Source: Candidatus Subteraquimicrobium carltonvillense (lineage in GTDB: Bacteria; Actinomycetota; Aquicultoria; Subteraquimicrobiales; Subteraquimicrobiaceae). From it: a stretch of 41,962 nt of DNA. The stretch's first letter is position 1. The number at the start of each line of letters is the position of its first letter. The position numbers were made by a program, and so were the translations under genes. Below are positions 1 through 9,448 of this stretch, piece after piece. Below the pieces are notes generated by a model, which made no database searches, was not told where the DNA came from, and saw nothing but the letters and a program-made list of their open reading frames with translations. Location of the stretch: the NCBI GenBank assembly GCA_002339355.1, contig DDKQ01000086.1, positions 1-41,962 of the forward strand. The letters are read 5' to 3'.

Positions 1-843
1 CTCTTTCTCCTCGTTTTATCGGGGCTGTGTTGCGAGCGGATCAAAACTGCGAGGAAAAAACCGACCATTAAGATTCAACGCCGGATTGAGGTTTCTCTAG
101 ACTCATATTCCAAAGAGCCCGTGCGTATCTTGCTTCTGGGAAGCGATTCTCGCACTGAAAGTATAGTTGGACGTAGCGATGCTATAATTCTAGTTCAAAT
201 CAATCCCTCAACTCAATCGACCACTCTCATATCCTTTCCCAGAGATTCCAGAGTTTATATTCCCGGGAGGGGCTATGGGAAGATTAATTCAGCCATGGCC
301 TTTGGTGGACCCGAGCTTACGGTCCGCGCCGTCGAAAACTACAGTGGATTACAGATTCATTATTACATGGTCACCACCTTTAATGGTTTCATGAGAATGA
401 TCCAAAGTTTAGGGGGTGTTCAAATTACCTTGGACAAACCCTTATATGACAGATGGGCAGGGGCAAATCTTCCTGCCGGTCCTCAAAGACTCGATCCCGG
501 TCAAGCCCTGGCCTACTGCCGAGCGAGACATATCCCCGGTGGTGACCTAGGGCGAGCAGCTCATCAGCAGCATCTGCTGGTAGCAATCTTTGAACAAGAA
601 AGGCACAAGAATTCCCCCTTTGATCTGTTAAATTGGTTGCCCATAGTCACCAGCAATTGTGAAACTAATTTATCGAATAAGGAGATGTTCCAGCTCGCAA
701 GATTGGTGGTCTCAGTAAAAAGGGAAAACATCGAGACCATCGTCCTTCCGGGACGCACCGGCTCTGTGGGACGAGCAAGCTATGTTTTCCTAGACCAGGG
801 TGTTGCTGGTCGGATTTTCCAAAAGCTTAAGAGCGGTCAATAG
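1..843 (+). CDS. LytR-CpsA-Psr (LCP) family protein, 5' end outside window
   Basis: Frame of ORF 121..843 stays open back to base 1 (LFLLVLSGLCC... hydrophobic anchor), so the listed GTG is probably internal. LLLGSDSR, GRSDAIILVQIN, SFPRDS and the Arg-rich ARHIPGGDLGRA segment fit the LCP domain. Confidence 0.8.
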   Translation, partial: LFLLVLSGLCCERIKTARKKPTIKIQRRIEVSLDSYSKEPVRILLLGSDSRTESIVGRSDAIILVQINPSTQSTTLISFPRDSRVYIPGRGYGKINSAMAFGGPELTVRAVENYSGLQIHYYMVTTFNGFMRMIQSLGGVQITLDKPLYDRWAGANLPAGPQRLDPGQALAYCRARHIPGGDLGRAAHQQHLLVAIFEQERHKNSPFDLLNWLPIVTSNCETNLSNKEMFQLARLVVSVKRENIETIVLPGRTGSVGRASYVFLDQGVAGRIFQKLKSGQ

Positions 844-940
844 TCGCCCGGATGGCTATATGGCTCGTCTGAGGTGCCTGCAGAGGCGATGGTCTGGTGG
901 CTTTGTAAATTCAATTTGCTATGGGAGCTGGAGAGAGGTT

Positions 941-1204
941 ATGCCCAAAAGGAGAAGGAAGGAAGTTGAGCTTGTGGTGATTTACACGGCTCCAAGTGAG
1001 GTGGCAGCTGTGATGATAAGGGGGCTTTTGGAGTGTCAGGGCATTCCCGTCATGGTTCGCTCGTTTCAAATTCCCTGGTACGATGATATCGGCACCATAA
1101 TGGCTGGAGCTTGGGGAGAAATTCTCGTACCTGAAAAGTATGCTCAGAAAGGTCGCCGAATCATTAAAGAATACTTAAAGAGCGTACAGCATAAGGATGA
1201 TTGA
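941..1204 (+). CDS. DUF2007-like small putative signal-transducing protein
   Basis: ATG at 941 preceded by GGAGAGAGG. The VVIYTAPSEVAAVMIRGLLECQGIPVMV...GEILVPEKYAQKGRRII pattern resembles DUF2007. The upstream part of ORF 800..1204 overlaps the LCP gene end and looks non-coding. Confidence 0.55.
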   Translation: MPKRRRKEVELVVIYTAPSEVAAVMIRGLLECQGIPVMVRSFQIPWYDDIGTIMAGAWGEILVPEKYAQKGRRIIKEYLKSVQHKDD

Positions 1205-1412
1205 CTCCTTTGCTTTTCGAACATACGTTTGATATTATTATAAGCGGTTATATTTTAAAACTGTAGCCCAGACATAATTCACGCTTAATAATTTGATAAG
1301 AGTATCCTGGAGGGCGCATCTTAAGAGAACCGTTAAGTCTGTCCTCCGGCAGGCGGGCGAGCAAGGCTTGAACAGCAGCGGCAACGGCCCCGACCCCGAA
1401 CTAGGAGTATTT

Positions 1413-2186
1413 ATGAAGATAAGCTATTTCAAATTGGCAACTTTTCAGCAATGTCCCCTCAAATACCGCTTTCTCTACGTGGATTGGTTGGGAAAGCAGT
1501 ACAGAAAACCTCGTCCCCCTATGAGTATGGGGGAAAGTATTCACCGTGCCCTTCGCGATTTTTTCAGGATTTCAAATCCAGAGGACAGAAGCCTTGAAAA
1601 GTTTCATTATTTATTGCGCAAGAATTGGATTAGAGAGGGCTTCGGCAATCGAGATGAGGAAAGGATTTGGGGAAAGAAGGCTTTGAAAATTTTGGAGCGG
1701 TTTTATCGCTCCAACGATTGTAGAGTCCAGCCCCTATTTACAGAACTTAATTTCGAAGTCAAGATAGAGGATCTAATCTTCGTGGGAGTTGTAGATCGAA
1801 TTGATAGGCTGGATAATGGAATCTTCCAGGTAATCGAGTATAAGACCGGCGCTAAGTCCATGACCTCGGAGGAAGCCGATGGAGATATCCAACTGACCTT
1901 TTATAATTTAGCCATTAGAGAAAAATATCACTTTGAACCAATTAAACTGACCATCTATTTTCTCCAGTCGAACAAGCAAATCGATACCTTCAGGACGGAT
2001 GAGCAACTTCAAGAGGGTCTAAGAGAGATTGCAAATATCGTGGGGAAAATCAAGGGTACTCGGGAGTTTGAGCCTCAAAGGAATCAATTTTGTCCCTGGT
2101 GCGATTTCTTGGAGATATGTCCCATCAGAGGTGAAATACGGATACCCATAAAGGAAACGGCGTATCCCGAAGATATTCCATTTTAA
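1413..2186 (+). CDS. PD-(D/E)XK nuclease, Cas4/AddB-type with Fe-S cysteines
   Basis: ATG 1413 with TAGGAG 6 nt upstream. Motifs: N-terminal Cys (FQQCPLKY), DRID...EYK (D..ExK), QLTFYNLA (QxxxY), and C-terminal CPWCDFLEIC cysteine triad. Confidence 0.7.
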   Translation: MKISYFKLATFQQCPLKYRFLYVDWLGKQYRKPRPPMSMGESIHRALRDFFRISNPEDRSLEKFHYLLRKNWIREGFGNRDEERIWGKKALKILERFYRSNDCRVQPLFTELNFEVKIEDLIFVGVVDRIDRLDNGIFQVIEYKTGAKSMTSEEADGDIQLTFYNLAIREKYHFEPIKLTIYFLQSNKQIDTFRTDEQLQEGLREIANIVGKIKGTREFEPQRNQFCPWCDFLEICPIRGEIRIPIKETAYPEDIPF

Positions 2187-2391
2187 CTTCCCTTTGTCAT
2201 GGGACATGAGGGACTGTTGACAAACTAATTTTGGATTATAAATCTATGCTACGATTTGCACTCTAAACCAGGTTATTTTCGCATTTGCGCAAGTACGAAA
2301 ATAACAATTGACTTTAAAATACAGGGTTAATCAGCAGTTCCATGAGTCATGGGTCAAATAGGATCCTTGACATATTTTGGCTTTAGCTTCA

Positions 2392-3486
2392 CTAATGCAG
2401 AGCATGATCGGTAATCCTCTCTATGTCTGCAATCGATTCCCATTTGAATTTAAGCTCACTAGCATCGGGGATTCCTAACTCGAGTTCCATCGCCCTTCTA
2501 ATTTGTGGCTGATCCCACACGCTTCTTTTTTCAATTCTTGAGGTGGTGCCCAGGGTTTTTAAAAGGGCCAATCCCACAACATCCGCAGCTACTCTATCCC
2601 TTGTAGCCACAATGATCCGTGGCTCTTTTATTCTTCCCCTCGCCGGTCCCCCGGTCACAAAAACCCTGCTCGCATCCATAACTATGAAACTGGGTTTAAA
2701 GGCCAGATTTAAATCCGCGATCATCTCCTGAAGATGAGGTGAAGCGTGCATCACCCTTCGATCATGAGGTGAGATAAGTCCAACAAAATTTTTAAGAGAC
2801 ATGGAGAAAACCGCGGCTTCATGGGTCTTTACCACCGGCAGATTAATGATGTGATCTACCTCTTGAGCAAGTCTGGGAATGGTGAATCCCTCTTTCCAGT
2901 GAGTCGCACCTTCCAGTCTTATATGAATCCATTCGGTGTTCTCAAGAGCTATCACCTCTGCTCCCGCCTCCCGAGCCGCTCTTTCAATCCCAACTCGGCG
3001 CATGTTATACATGGTATTAGACCAAGGACCGTAAATGCTGGATCTATCGGCTACAATTACCCTTCCCGCACCAGCCTCAAAAGCCATCTTCACTACTTCT
3101 TTTACCACCTCGGGATTTGTAGTTCCAGGATGGGGATCATACGAATTTGCATTGACCTTAACCAGAATGGTTTCACCGGATTTGATGAACCCAAAACCAC
3201 CGGCGAGTTCAACGGCTCTTCTCGTGGATTGAGGCATGGTTGCTTCATGGGCCAAAGCAACGAGACCTCGTTCCTCGATAACCTCTTGTTTTTTTGGAAC
3301 TTCTTCCTCAGAAATCTTTGGTATCTCCTTTTCCCATCTCCTGACCTCAGCTGGTTTTTCTCGCTTCTCCTTGACCACTGCCTTTTCCTTCAAACCATGC
3401 TTTGCACATCCAAAGATGGTGATGATACTCAGAACAGTTGCTCCAAACATTAAAGACTTGGGATTTTTCTTTGGTTTTTTGCTCAC
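2392..3486 (-). CDS. DUF362 domain lipoprotein
   Basis: Signal peptide with lipobox (ITIFGC). ILVKVNANSYDPHPGTTNPEVVKEVVKMAFEAGAGRVIVADRS matches the DUF362 core as I remember it. Confidence 0.7.
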   Translation of the reverse strand: MSKKPKKNPKSLMFGATVLSIITIFGCAKHGLKEKAVVKEKREKPAEVRRWEKEIPKISEEEVPKKQEVIEERGLVALAHEATMPQSTRRAVELAGGFGFIKSGETILVKVNANSYDPHPGTTNPEVVKEVVKMAFEAGAGRVIVADRSSIYGPWSNTMYNMRRVGIERAAREAGAEVIALENTEWIHIRLEGATHWKEGFTIPRLAQEVDHIINLPVVKTHEAAVFSMSLKNFVGLISPHDRRVMHASPHLQEMIADLNLAFKPSFIVMDASRVFVTGGPARGRIKEPRIIVATRDRVAADVVGLALLKTLGTTSRIEKRSVWDQPQIRRAMELELGIPDASELKFKWESIADIERITDHALH

Positions 3487-3598
3487 GATCTCACCTCTTT
3501 TGCTTCATACAAATAGTTTATCCCCATCATAATGAGAGTGCAAAGCAAGAGAGGTGGATTTGGTAAGAGTATTTTAGGTTGACATTTTTTGCTCTTTT

Positions 3599-4705
3599 AT
3601 GATATTAAAAGGAGAGTCTGGCTTTTGGATACTCCTGGGGGCGATAGAAATCGAATCAAGGGATCTTCCCATCTTTAGAATCTTTCAAATTGTTTCCCTC
3701 TTTTTGATCCTCTCCCTCATTGTCCCCACAACCTCCACTGCTTCCCCCGTAAAAAAGAAAAGGTTACCAGCATCCCAGATTAGAAATCAAATCTATAACC
3801 TGAACAAGAAATTAAATAAACTGGCAATGGAGTATAATTCCGCCCAGATAAAATTGGCTAGAATTAATGCCGATATCGAGAAAACCACAGCAAAATTGGA
3901 AGCCGCCAAAAAAGAACTTGAGCACCGCCAGGTTATTTTGAATCAAAGGATCAACTTCCTTTATCGCCATGGTCATGTTGAATTTCTGGATGTATTATTC
4001 GGATCCAAAACATTTTCTGAATTTCTATTGCGCTTCGATTTGATGCAGGCAATTGGTGAACAAGATGTAAATAATCTCGATGAAATTAAACGAAACCTGG
4101 CTGAGATTGAAGGGATGAAGAATGAACTCACCGCCCAAAGTACTCGACAAAGAGTACTCGTGAAATCGCTTAAGATAAAGCAGTGTGAGATGGAGAAAGA
4201 ATTAGCCAAACAAAAGTCTTTATTTTCGAGAACTCAAGCTCAATTGATTCGACTGCAAAGGAATCGACACAGACCTCGAAAATTTGTAGCCGCTGCCCGT
4301 TCACAAAGATATCGTATAGGGGGGTTTCATTTTCCCGTAGCGGGACCCCATGCCTATTGTAATTCTTGGGGAGCTCCTAGAAGAGGACACCGCCACCAGG
4401 GTTGTGATATCTTTGCCCTACGTGGCACCCCCTGCGTGGCTTGTGTCAGTGGTACCGTGAGTACAAGCTATAGTGGGGGTGGTGGTAAAACCATTTATCT
4501 CTATGGAGATGATGGCAATACCTACTGTTATATGCATCTCAGCGGTTATGCTGTAACAGGAGGTCGCGTTGAAGCCGGTCAAACGATTGGTTACGTGGGG
4601 AATACTGGAAATGCAAGAGGTGGATCATCTCATCTTCACTTCGAATTCCACCCAGGCGGGGGAAGAGCCGTCAATCCTTATCCCATATTGAAAACTTCCG
4701 AATAG
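3599..4705 (+). CDS. M23/LytM family peptidase with N-terminal coiled coil
   Basis: HRHQGCDIFA (HxxxD) and SHLHFEFH (HxH) zinc motifs. Long heptad-rich N-terminal half after a hydrophobic anchor. Start codon uncertain: no clear RBS, and a TTGACA box sits at 3579-3584. Confidence 0.8.
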   Translation: MILKGESGFWILLGAIEIESRDLPIFRIFQIVSLFLILSLIVPTTSTASPVKKKRLPASQIRNQIYNLNKKLNKLAMEYNSAQIKLARINADIEKTTAKLEAAKKELEHRQVILNQRINFLYRHGHVEFLDVLFGSKTFSEFLLRFDLMQAIGEQDVNNLDEIKRNLAEIEGMKNELTAQSTRQRVLVKSLKIKQCEMEKELAKQKSLFSRTQAQLIRLQRNRHRPRKFVAAARSQRYRIGGFHFPVAGPHAYCNSWGAPRRGHRHQGCDIFALRGTPCVACVSGTVSTSYSGGGGKTIYLYGDDGNTYCYMHLSGYAVTGGRVEAGQTIGYVGNTGNARGGSSHLHFEFHPGGGRAVNPYPILKTSE

Positions 4706-4735
4706 TTTTGAGTGAGATTTTACCTCTTATCTATT

Positions 4736-5233
4736 TTACTGCAAAAGTCCTCTTGTTAGTCCCTCCCGACAGTAACCGAGGTCAAACCATTCACAACCCC
4801 CACACATCCGCTCCAAATCCTTCTCATCGATCTTCCTTTGAATCAACGGAAGCAGAGCCTTTACCGATATAGTAGATCCAGGCTTCAACCCTAAGCAACT
4901 TAATACCTCACCGTCCAATTCCCTCACTTTCTTTTCACACGAAAACCCATCTTTGACGCATTTATTACCAAGCTTATGAGGACAAGCGAAGCAGAGGATG
5001 TCGCATTCATTTGTGAGTTCGATTAATAAGTTTTCATTCGCCTTAATGATTTGAATCGTTCTCCTCAGAGTATCAACGAATGCAGAGGTGTAACCCAATC
5101 CCCGAAACCCATGGATGCACAGCAGATGATGTGCTCGAAGTTTCAAGGTCAATCCCTCCCAACCACTCTTTAATCCTGTATTTGCCCATAGCTTACGCGC
5201 GAAGAAATCAGGAATTAATTTACTAATATCCAT
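4736..5233 (-). CDS. DUF1284 family Cys-rich protein
   Basis: LRAHHLLCIHGFRGLGYT plus CFACPHK and CGGCEW cysteine motifs. Start moved to the Met at 5233 (MDISK), which removes the overlap with purM. Confidence 0.65.
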   Translation of the reverse strand: MDISKLIPDFFARKLWANTGLKSGWEGLTLKLRAHHLLCIHGFRGLGYTSAFVDTLRRTIQIIKANENLLIELTNECDILCFACPHKLGNKCVKDGFSCEKKVRELDGEVLSCLGLKPGSTISVKALLPLIQRKIDEKDLERMCGGCEWFDLGYCREGLTRGLLQ

Positions 5234-6344
5234 AGAATCTATTTCCTTTGCTCGTGAGTTTTCTGGGTTCAATTATTATCCTTCTTTCCTTACCCCTTAC
5301 ACAACCAATTTGATGGCCCTTTATATCGTGTTTCTTTATAATCTCCAAAGCAGATGCCAGATCATCTGGTGCCATAACCAGGCAAAAACCGATGCCCATG
5401 TTATAAACCTTGTACATTTCTTCATCGGTTACGTTGCCCAGCTTTTTAATCAAAGAAAATATCGGTGGCGGTTCAGGTAGGTAATTTATTACATATCCTA
5501 CCTCCGAGACCACCCTAGTTAAATTGAGAAAGCCATCCCCCGTGATATGTATCAAGGCTCTCACGTTTAAATCCGAATTTAGAATTTCCATGACCTCGGG
5601 GACATAAATCCTGGTGGGTTCCAGAAGCTCCTCGCCAATGGTCCTTCCTAACTCATCGAAGTACTTGTTGACATCAAAACCCATCTTGTCAAAGAAAATT
5701 TGACGTGCCAGCGTTAAACCATTGCTGTGGATGCCGCTGCTTTCCAAACCCAGCACAATATCCCCCTCTTGGATATCCTGCCCCGTGATCACCTTATCGA
5801 GAGGGACAATGCCAACGCATGTACCCACCAAATCAAAGCCATAGGTTTCCCTCTTGCCCTTAATTAATTCCTTTAGTTGGGCTATCTCCCCGGCGGGAAT
5901 GGTTATCCTCGCCATTTGAGCCCCTCGATAAAGTCCTTTTCCAATCCCTTCCAGTAGATCAGGATGTGGTTCCTGAACTGCTATGTAATCCACCATGGAA
6001 ATCGGCTCTGCTCCTACGCAAAGGATGTCATTGACATTCATGGCTATGCAGTCAATTCCAATGGTGTCGTATTTGCCCATCATTTGTGCGATGAGAACCT
6101 TCGTCCCCACTCCATCGGTTGAAATGGCGATTCCCATATTCCATCCGATATCGATGACATTGGCAAAGTAACCCATCTTAAGTTTCGCCACTCCAACTTC
6201 CTTCCTCAATTGAAAGGTCTTCTTGATCCACTTCACTAGCTCTTCCAGGGCAACCTCCTCTCTGGCAGAATCGACGCCGGCCCGCGCATAGGTAAAGTGT
6301 TCAGATTTTCCTTTTCTTTTCGGTCTCTTACCCTTTAAATCCAT
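5223..6344 (-). CDS. purM: phosphoribosylformylglycinamidine cyclo-ligase (AIR synthase)
   Basis: YARAGVD..., STDGVGTKVLIAQMMGKYDTIGIDCIAMNVNDILCVGAEP and the SSGIHSNG block are typical PurM motifs. Confidence 0.75.
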   Translation of the reverse strand: MDLKGKRPKRKGKSEHFTYARAGVDSAREEVALEELVKWIKKTFQLRKEVGVAKLKMGYFANVIDIGWNMGIAISTDGVGTKVLIAQMMGKYDTIGIDCIAMNVNDILCVGAEPISMVDYIAVQEPHPDLLEGIGKGLYRGAQMARITIPAGEIAQLKELIKGKRETYGFDLVGTCVGIVPLDKVITGQDIQEGDIVLGLESSGIHSNGLTLARQIFFDKMGFDVNKYFDELGRTIGEELLEPTRIYVPEVMEILNSDLNVRALIHITGDGFLNLTRVVSEVGYVINYLPEPPPIFSLIKKLGNVTDEEMYKVYNMGIGFCLVMAPDDLASALEIIKKHDIKGHQIGCVRGKERRIIIEPRKLTSKGNRFYGY

Positions 6345-6406
6345 CGAGTGCCTCCAAATCTGCGCTTATAAGTTAGCATATCAAGGGAGTGAAATAAATA
6401 TGCATT

Positions 6407-6435
6407 TGCAAGGGGCATTGAACTTTGTGTATAAT
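6407..6435 (+). promoter_or_regulatory. sigma-70 type promoter of the thiamine operon
   Basis: TTGCAA (6407-6412), 17-nt spacer, TGTGTATAAT with TATAAT at 6430-6435 (extended -10), about 15 nt upstream of the riboswitch. Confidence 0.7.
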
Positions 6436-6449
6436 CATGGAAACTTCAC

Positions 6450-6546
6450 AGATTTAGGGGAGCTCGTGTTACGGGCTGAGAGGTTCGATATCATTGAACG
6501 ACCCTTTGAACCTGCTCTGGGTAATGCCAGCGGAGGGATAATATCT
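6450..6546 (+). promoter_or_regulatory. TPP (THI-box) riboswitch aptamer
   Basis: GGGGAGC...GGCTGAGAGG...ACCCTTTGAACCTGCTCTGGGTAATGCCAGCGGAGGGA is the canonical THI element. It lies directly upstream of thi4-thiE-thiC-thiL-thiD. Confidence 0.93.
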
Positions 6547-6550
6547 TTAT

Positions 6551-6583
6551 AACCGTATTTCCGCTGGAAATACGGTTTTTTTA
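6551..6583 (+). terminator. intrinsic terminator, riboswitch expression platform
   Basis: AACCGTATTTCC / GGAAATACGGTT stem around a short loop, followed by a T run (6577-6583). Confidence 0.8.
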
Positions 6584-6621
6584 TCTCGATCTATTAAAAG
6601 CTTCTTTCAAAGGAGGTCGTC

Positions 6622-7449
6622 GTGGTAAAGGATCTTAGCACTCGGGAAGCCTTGGAAGAAACTGTGGTGACTAGAGCCATAATTGACGGATTCTGGAGTG
6701 ATTTTTCCAAACGTCTCGATTTGGATGTGGCCATTGCTGGGGCCGGTCCTGCCGGATTAACCGCAGCTCGATATTTGGCTCAAGAAAATTATAGAGTCGC
6801 AGTTTTTGAAAGAAATCTCTATGTTGGAGGAGGAATGTGGGGAGGAGGTATGCTTTTCCCAAAGATCGTGATACAGGAAAGGGCCAAACAGATTCTCGAT
6901 GGACTAGGAGTGAAGTTAGAACAGTATCCAGGCGGCTACTACACAGCCGACTCGGTGGAAACGGTTTCAAGATGTACAACTGCAACCATCGAGGCAGGAG
7001 CCAAGATATGGATAGGTATAAGCGTCGAGGATGTAATAATCCGTGAAGGGAACAGGGTTACCGGTGTGGTTATAAATTGGGGTGCCGTTGAAGCTGCACA
7101 TCTCCATGTCGATCCTCTGGCCGTAAAATCGAAACTCGTAATAGATGCCACGGGTCATGGGGCTGAGGTAGCTCGCGTTGTTTCTCAAAAAATCTCGGAG
7201 GCTAATTTTCCCACCCTTACGGGTAAGGTCATTGGAGAGAGTTGCATGTGGTCCGAAGCGGGTGAGAAAGAAGTTGTGGATAGAACATGTGAGATCTTTC
7301 CTGGTCTTATAGTTGCCGGTATGGCTGTAGCCACGGTCTTTGGTTCTCCACGGATGGGTGCCATATTTGGAGGGATGTTCCTTTCGGGAAGAAGAGCAGC
7401 CGACATAGCATCCTTCATTTTAAAAAGTAGATTTAAAGGTGAAGAATGA
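6622..7449 (+). CDS. thi4: Thi4-family thiazole synthase
   Basis: GTG start with AAAGGAGG upstream. FAD/NAD fold GAGPAGLTAARYLA, GGGMWGGGMLF, VINW...HLHVDP, DATGHGAEV. Confidence 0.85.
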   Translation: MVKDLSTREALEETVVTRAIIDGFWSDFSKRLDLDVAIAGAGPAGLTAARYLAQENYRVAVFERNLYVGGGMWGGGMLFPKIVIQERAKQILDGLGVKLEQYPGGYYTADSVETVSRCTTATIEAGAKIWIGISVEDVIIREGNRVTGVVINWGAVEAAHLHVDPLAVKSKLVIDATGHGAEVARVVSQKISEANFPTLTGKVIGESCMWSEAGEKEVVDRTCEIFPGLIVAGMAVATVFGSPRMGAIFGGMFLSGRRAADIASFILKSRFKGEE

Positions 7450-7465
7450 TTCCAAAGAGGAGAAT

Positions 7466-8107
7466 ATGAATCTGTATCTCTACGTGATCACCACAGAAAT
7501 ACCGGGTCTAAGCCGGACACATATCGATGTCGCTCGAGATGCGATCGCAGGAGGAGCCACTGTAATCCAATTGCGGGAGAAGGACAGGTGCACGCGAGAT
7601 ATCCTGAGAATAGCAGCGGAGATTAAAAAGTTGACCCACCGGTCTGGGACTCTCTTCATAATCAATGATCGAATCGATATAGCTTTGGCCATCGATGCCG
7701 ATGGGGTGCACTTAGGTCAGGAGGATATGCCCCTCCTTTATGCTCGGAGAATCCTGGGGAAGGGAAAAATAATCGGCGTTTCTGTAGGTGGCATTGAAGA
7801 GGCAGTTCGAGCGGAAAGAGAGGGTGCAGATTACCTTGGAGTTGGCTCGATCTTTCTCACTCCGAGCAAAAGCGATGCCGGTCAGCCCGTGGGATTGGGT
7901 ACTTTATCTGAAATAAGGAGTTCCGTGAAAACTCCAATCGTTGCCATAGGTGGGATAACCCTGAATAACATCGAGGATGTGCTCAAAGCGGGAGCAGATG
8001 GAGTGGCGGTGATCTCTGCTGTGGCTTGTGCCACCGATGTGAAGAGAGCAACCTCAGAACTTCTAAGAAAGATCAGAGAGGTCAAAGCCAAGCTAAAGGA
8101 GGAGTAA
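7466..8107 (+). CDS. thiE: thiamine-phosphate synthase
   Basis: ATG 7466 after AGGAG. LYVIT..., [49 protein letters not shown] motifs. Confidence 0.9.
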   Translation: MNLYLYVITTEIPGLSRTHIDVARDAIAGGATVIQLREKDRCTRDILRIAAEIKKLTHRSGTLFIINDRIDIALAIDADGVHLGQEDMPLLYARRILGKGKIIGVSVGGIEEAVRAEREGADYLGVGSIFLTPSKSDAGQPVGLGTLSEIRSSVKTPIVAIGGITLNNIEDVLKAGADGVAVISAVACATDVKRATSELLRKIREVKAKLKEE

Positions 8108-8108
8108 T

Positions 8109-9413
8109 ATGGCCACGTTGGTGACTAGGATCAAAGCGGGGGAAATCCCCGAAGAAATAAAGAGAGTAGCCCGGGAAGAAGGGGTAAATTTAAATTTGAT
8201 CCTTCAAAACATTACTCAAGGCAAAATCGTCATTCCCAGAAACATCAATCACCCCTCTGCCCGTCCCATAGGGATAGGAGAGGCTTTGCACACAAAAGTC
8301 AATGCAAATATCGGTACATCGGAGGATTTTCCCCTCATGGATGAGGAGCTTGAGAAACTTGAGGTAGCTGTAAAAGCTGGTGCTGATACCGTCATGGATT
8401 TGAGTACGGGGGGAGATTTAAACAAGATAAGGAGAGCGATAATTACCAAATCTTCCATCCCCATAGGCACAGTACCCATTTACCAAGCAGCCATAGATGC
8501 CAAGATTAAATACGGAAATATTGTAAAAATGACCCCGGACCATATCTTTAATGTCATAGAAGTCCAGGCAAGGGATGGCGTGGATTTCATGACCATTCAT
8601 TGTGGTGTCACCTGGAAGGCTCTTAACGCCTTAACTCAAGAAGGACGCATAACTGATGTGGTCAGCCGGGGGGGAGCATTTATAATCGGCTGGATGCTCC
8701 ACAACGATAAAGAGAATCCCCTCTATGAGCAATTCGATAGGTTACTTGAGATAGCAAAGAGGTACGATGTTACCTTAAGCCTTGGGGATGGCATGAGACC
8801 TGGATGCATAGCCGATGCCTCAGATAGAGCTCAAATTGAGGAGCTTTTAACCTTAGGGGAACTCGTGGATAGAGCGAGAGAAGCTGAAGTTCAGGTTATG
8901 GTCGAGGGTCCAGGTCACGTACCTCTTGACCAAATCGAGGCTACAGTAAAAATGGAGAAATCCATATGCAAGGATGCTCCTTTCTACGTTTTGGGACCGA
9001 TAGTTACTGATGTGGCACCCGGTTATGATCACATTACTTCTGCAATTGGCGGAGCGATCGCCGCTGCTTCAGGTGCCGATTTTCTGTGCTACGTGACTCC
9101 CCGAGAGCATCTTGGTCTTCCCACAATCAAAGATGTAAGAGAGGGTGTCATTGCTGCAAAAATTGCAGCCCATGCAGCCGACATCATTAAGGGTATCCCT
9201 GGTGCATCGGAGTGGGATTTACAGATGTCCAAGGCCAGAAAAGCCTTAGACTGGAAAAGACAAATGAAACTGGCTATCGATCCTGAAAAGGCTAGAAAAG
9301 CCCATGAGGAAAGAAAGGGTCCACAGGAGGATGTGTGCACGATGTGCGGAGAATTTTGTGCTATGAAGTTGGTAGCTGAATTCTTTAAATCGCCGCGAAT
9401 CAAAAGATGCTAA
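8109..9413 (+). CDS. thiC: phosphomethylpyrimidine synthase
   Basis: Strong ThiC similarity throughout ([39 protein letters not shown]) and the C-terminal [11 protein letters not shown] radical-SAM cluster motif. Confidence 0.95.
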   Translation: MATLVTRIKAGEIPEEIKRVAREEGVNLNLILQNITQGKIVIPRNINHPSARPIGIGEALHTKVNANIGTSEDFPLMDEELEKLEVAVKAGADTVMDLSTGGDLNKIRRAIITKSSIPIGTVPIYQAAIDAKIKYGNIVKMTPDHIFNVIEVQARDGVDFMTIHCGVTWKALNALTQEGRITDVVSRGGAFIIGWMLHNDKENPLYEQFDRLLEIAKRYDVTLSLGDGMRPGCIADASDRAQIEELLTLGELVDRAREAEVQVMVEGPGHVPLDQIEATVKMEKSICKDAPFYVLGPIVTDVAPGYDHITSAIGGAIAAASGADFLCYVTPREHLGLPTIKDVREGVIAAKIAAHAADIIKGIPGASEWDLQMSKARKALDWKRQMKLAIDPEKARKAHEERKGPQEDVCTMCGEFCAMKLVAEFFKSPRIKRC

Positions 9414-9448
9414 AACTATAAAATCGAGGAAATGGACTGGTTGTCACC

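Noticed and set aside
1293-1412. N-terminal 40-codon extension of the nuclease ORF.
   Set aside because: It is not part of the PD-(D/E)XK domain. ATG 1413 has a proper TAGGAG RBS. The region looks like a structured GC-rich leader instead.
2821-3453. Long antisense ORFs: 2821-3453, 10553-11062, 16493-16840, 17178-17579, 18070-18504, 19076-19651, 22679-23122, 23799-24185, 28108-28563, 34255-34641 and similar.
   Set aside because: Each lies entirely opposite a gene with strong family motifs. Their translations are low-complexity (S/P/R/A-rich) shadows with no recognisable motif or RBS.
3579-3608. TTGACA / TATTAA promoter-like boxes overlapping the listed ATG start (3599) of the M23 peptidase, which would imply a different start.
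   Set aside because: There is no alternative in-frame ATG/GTG/TTG before the signal-anchor segment, so I kept 3599 and flagged the start as uncertain rather than re-annotating.
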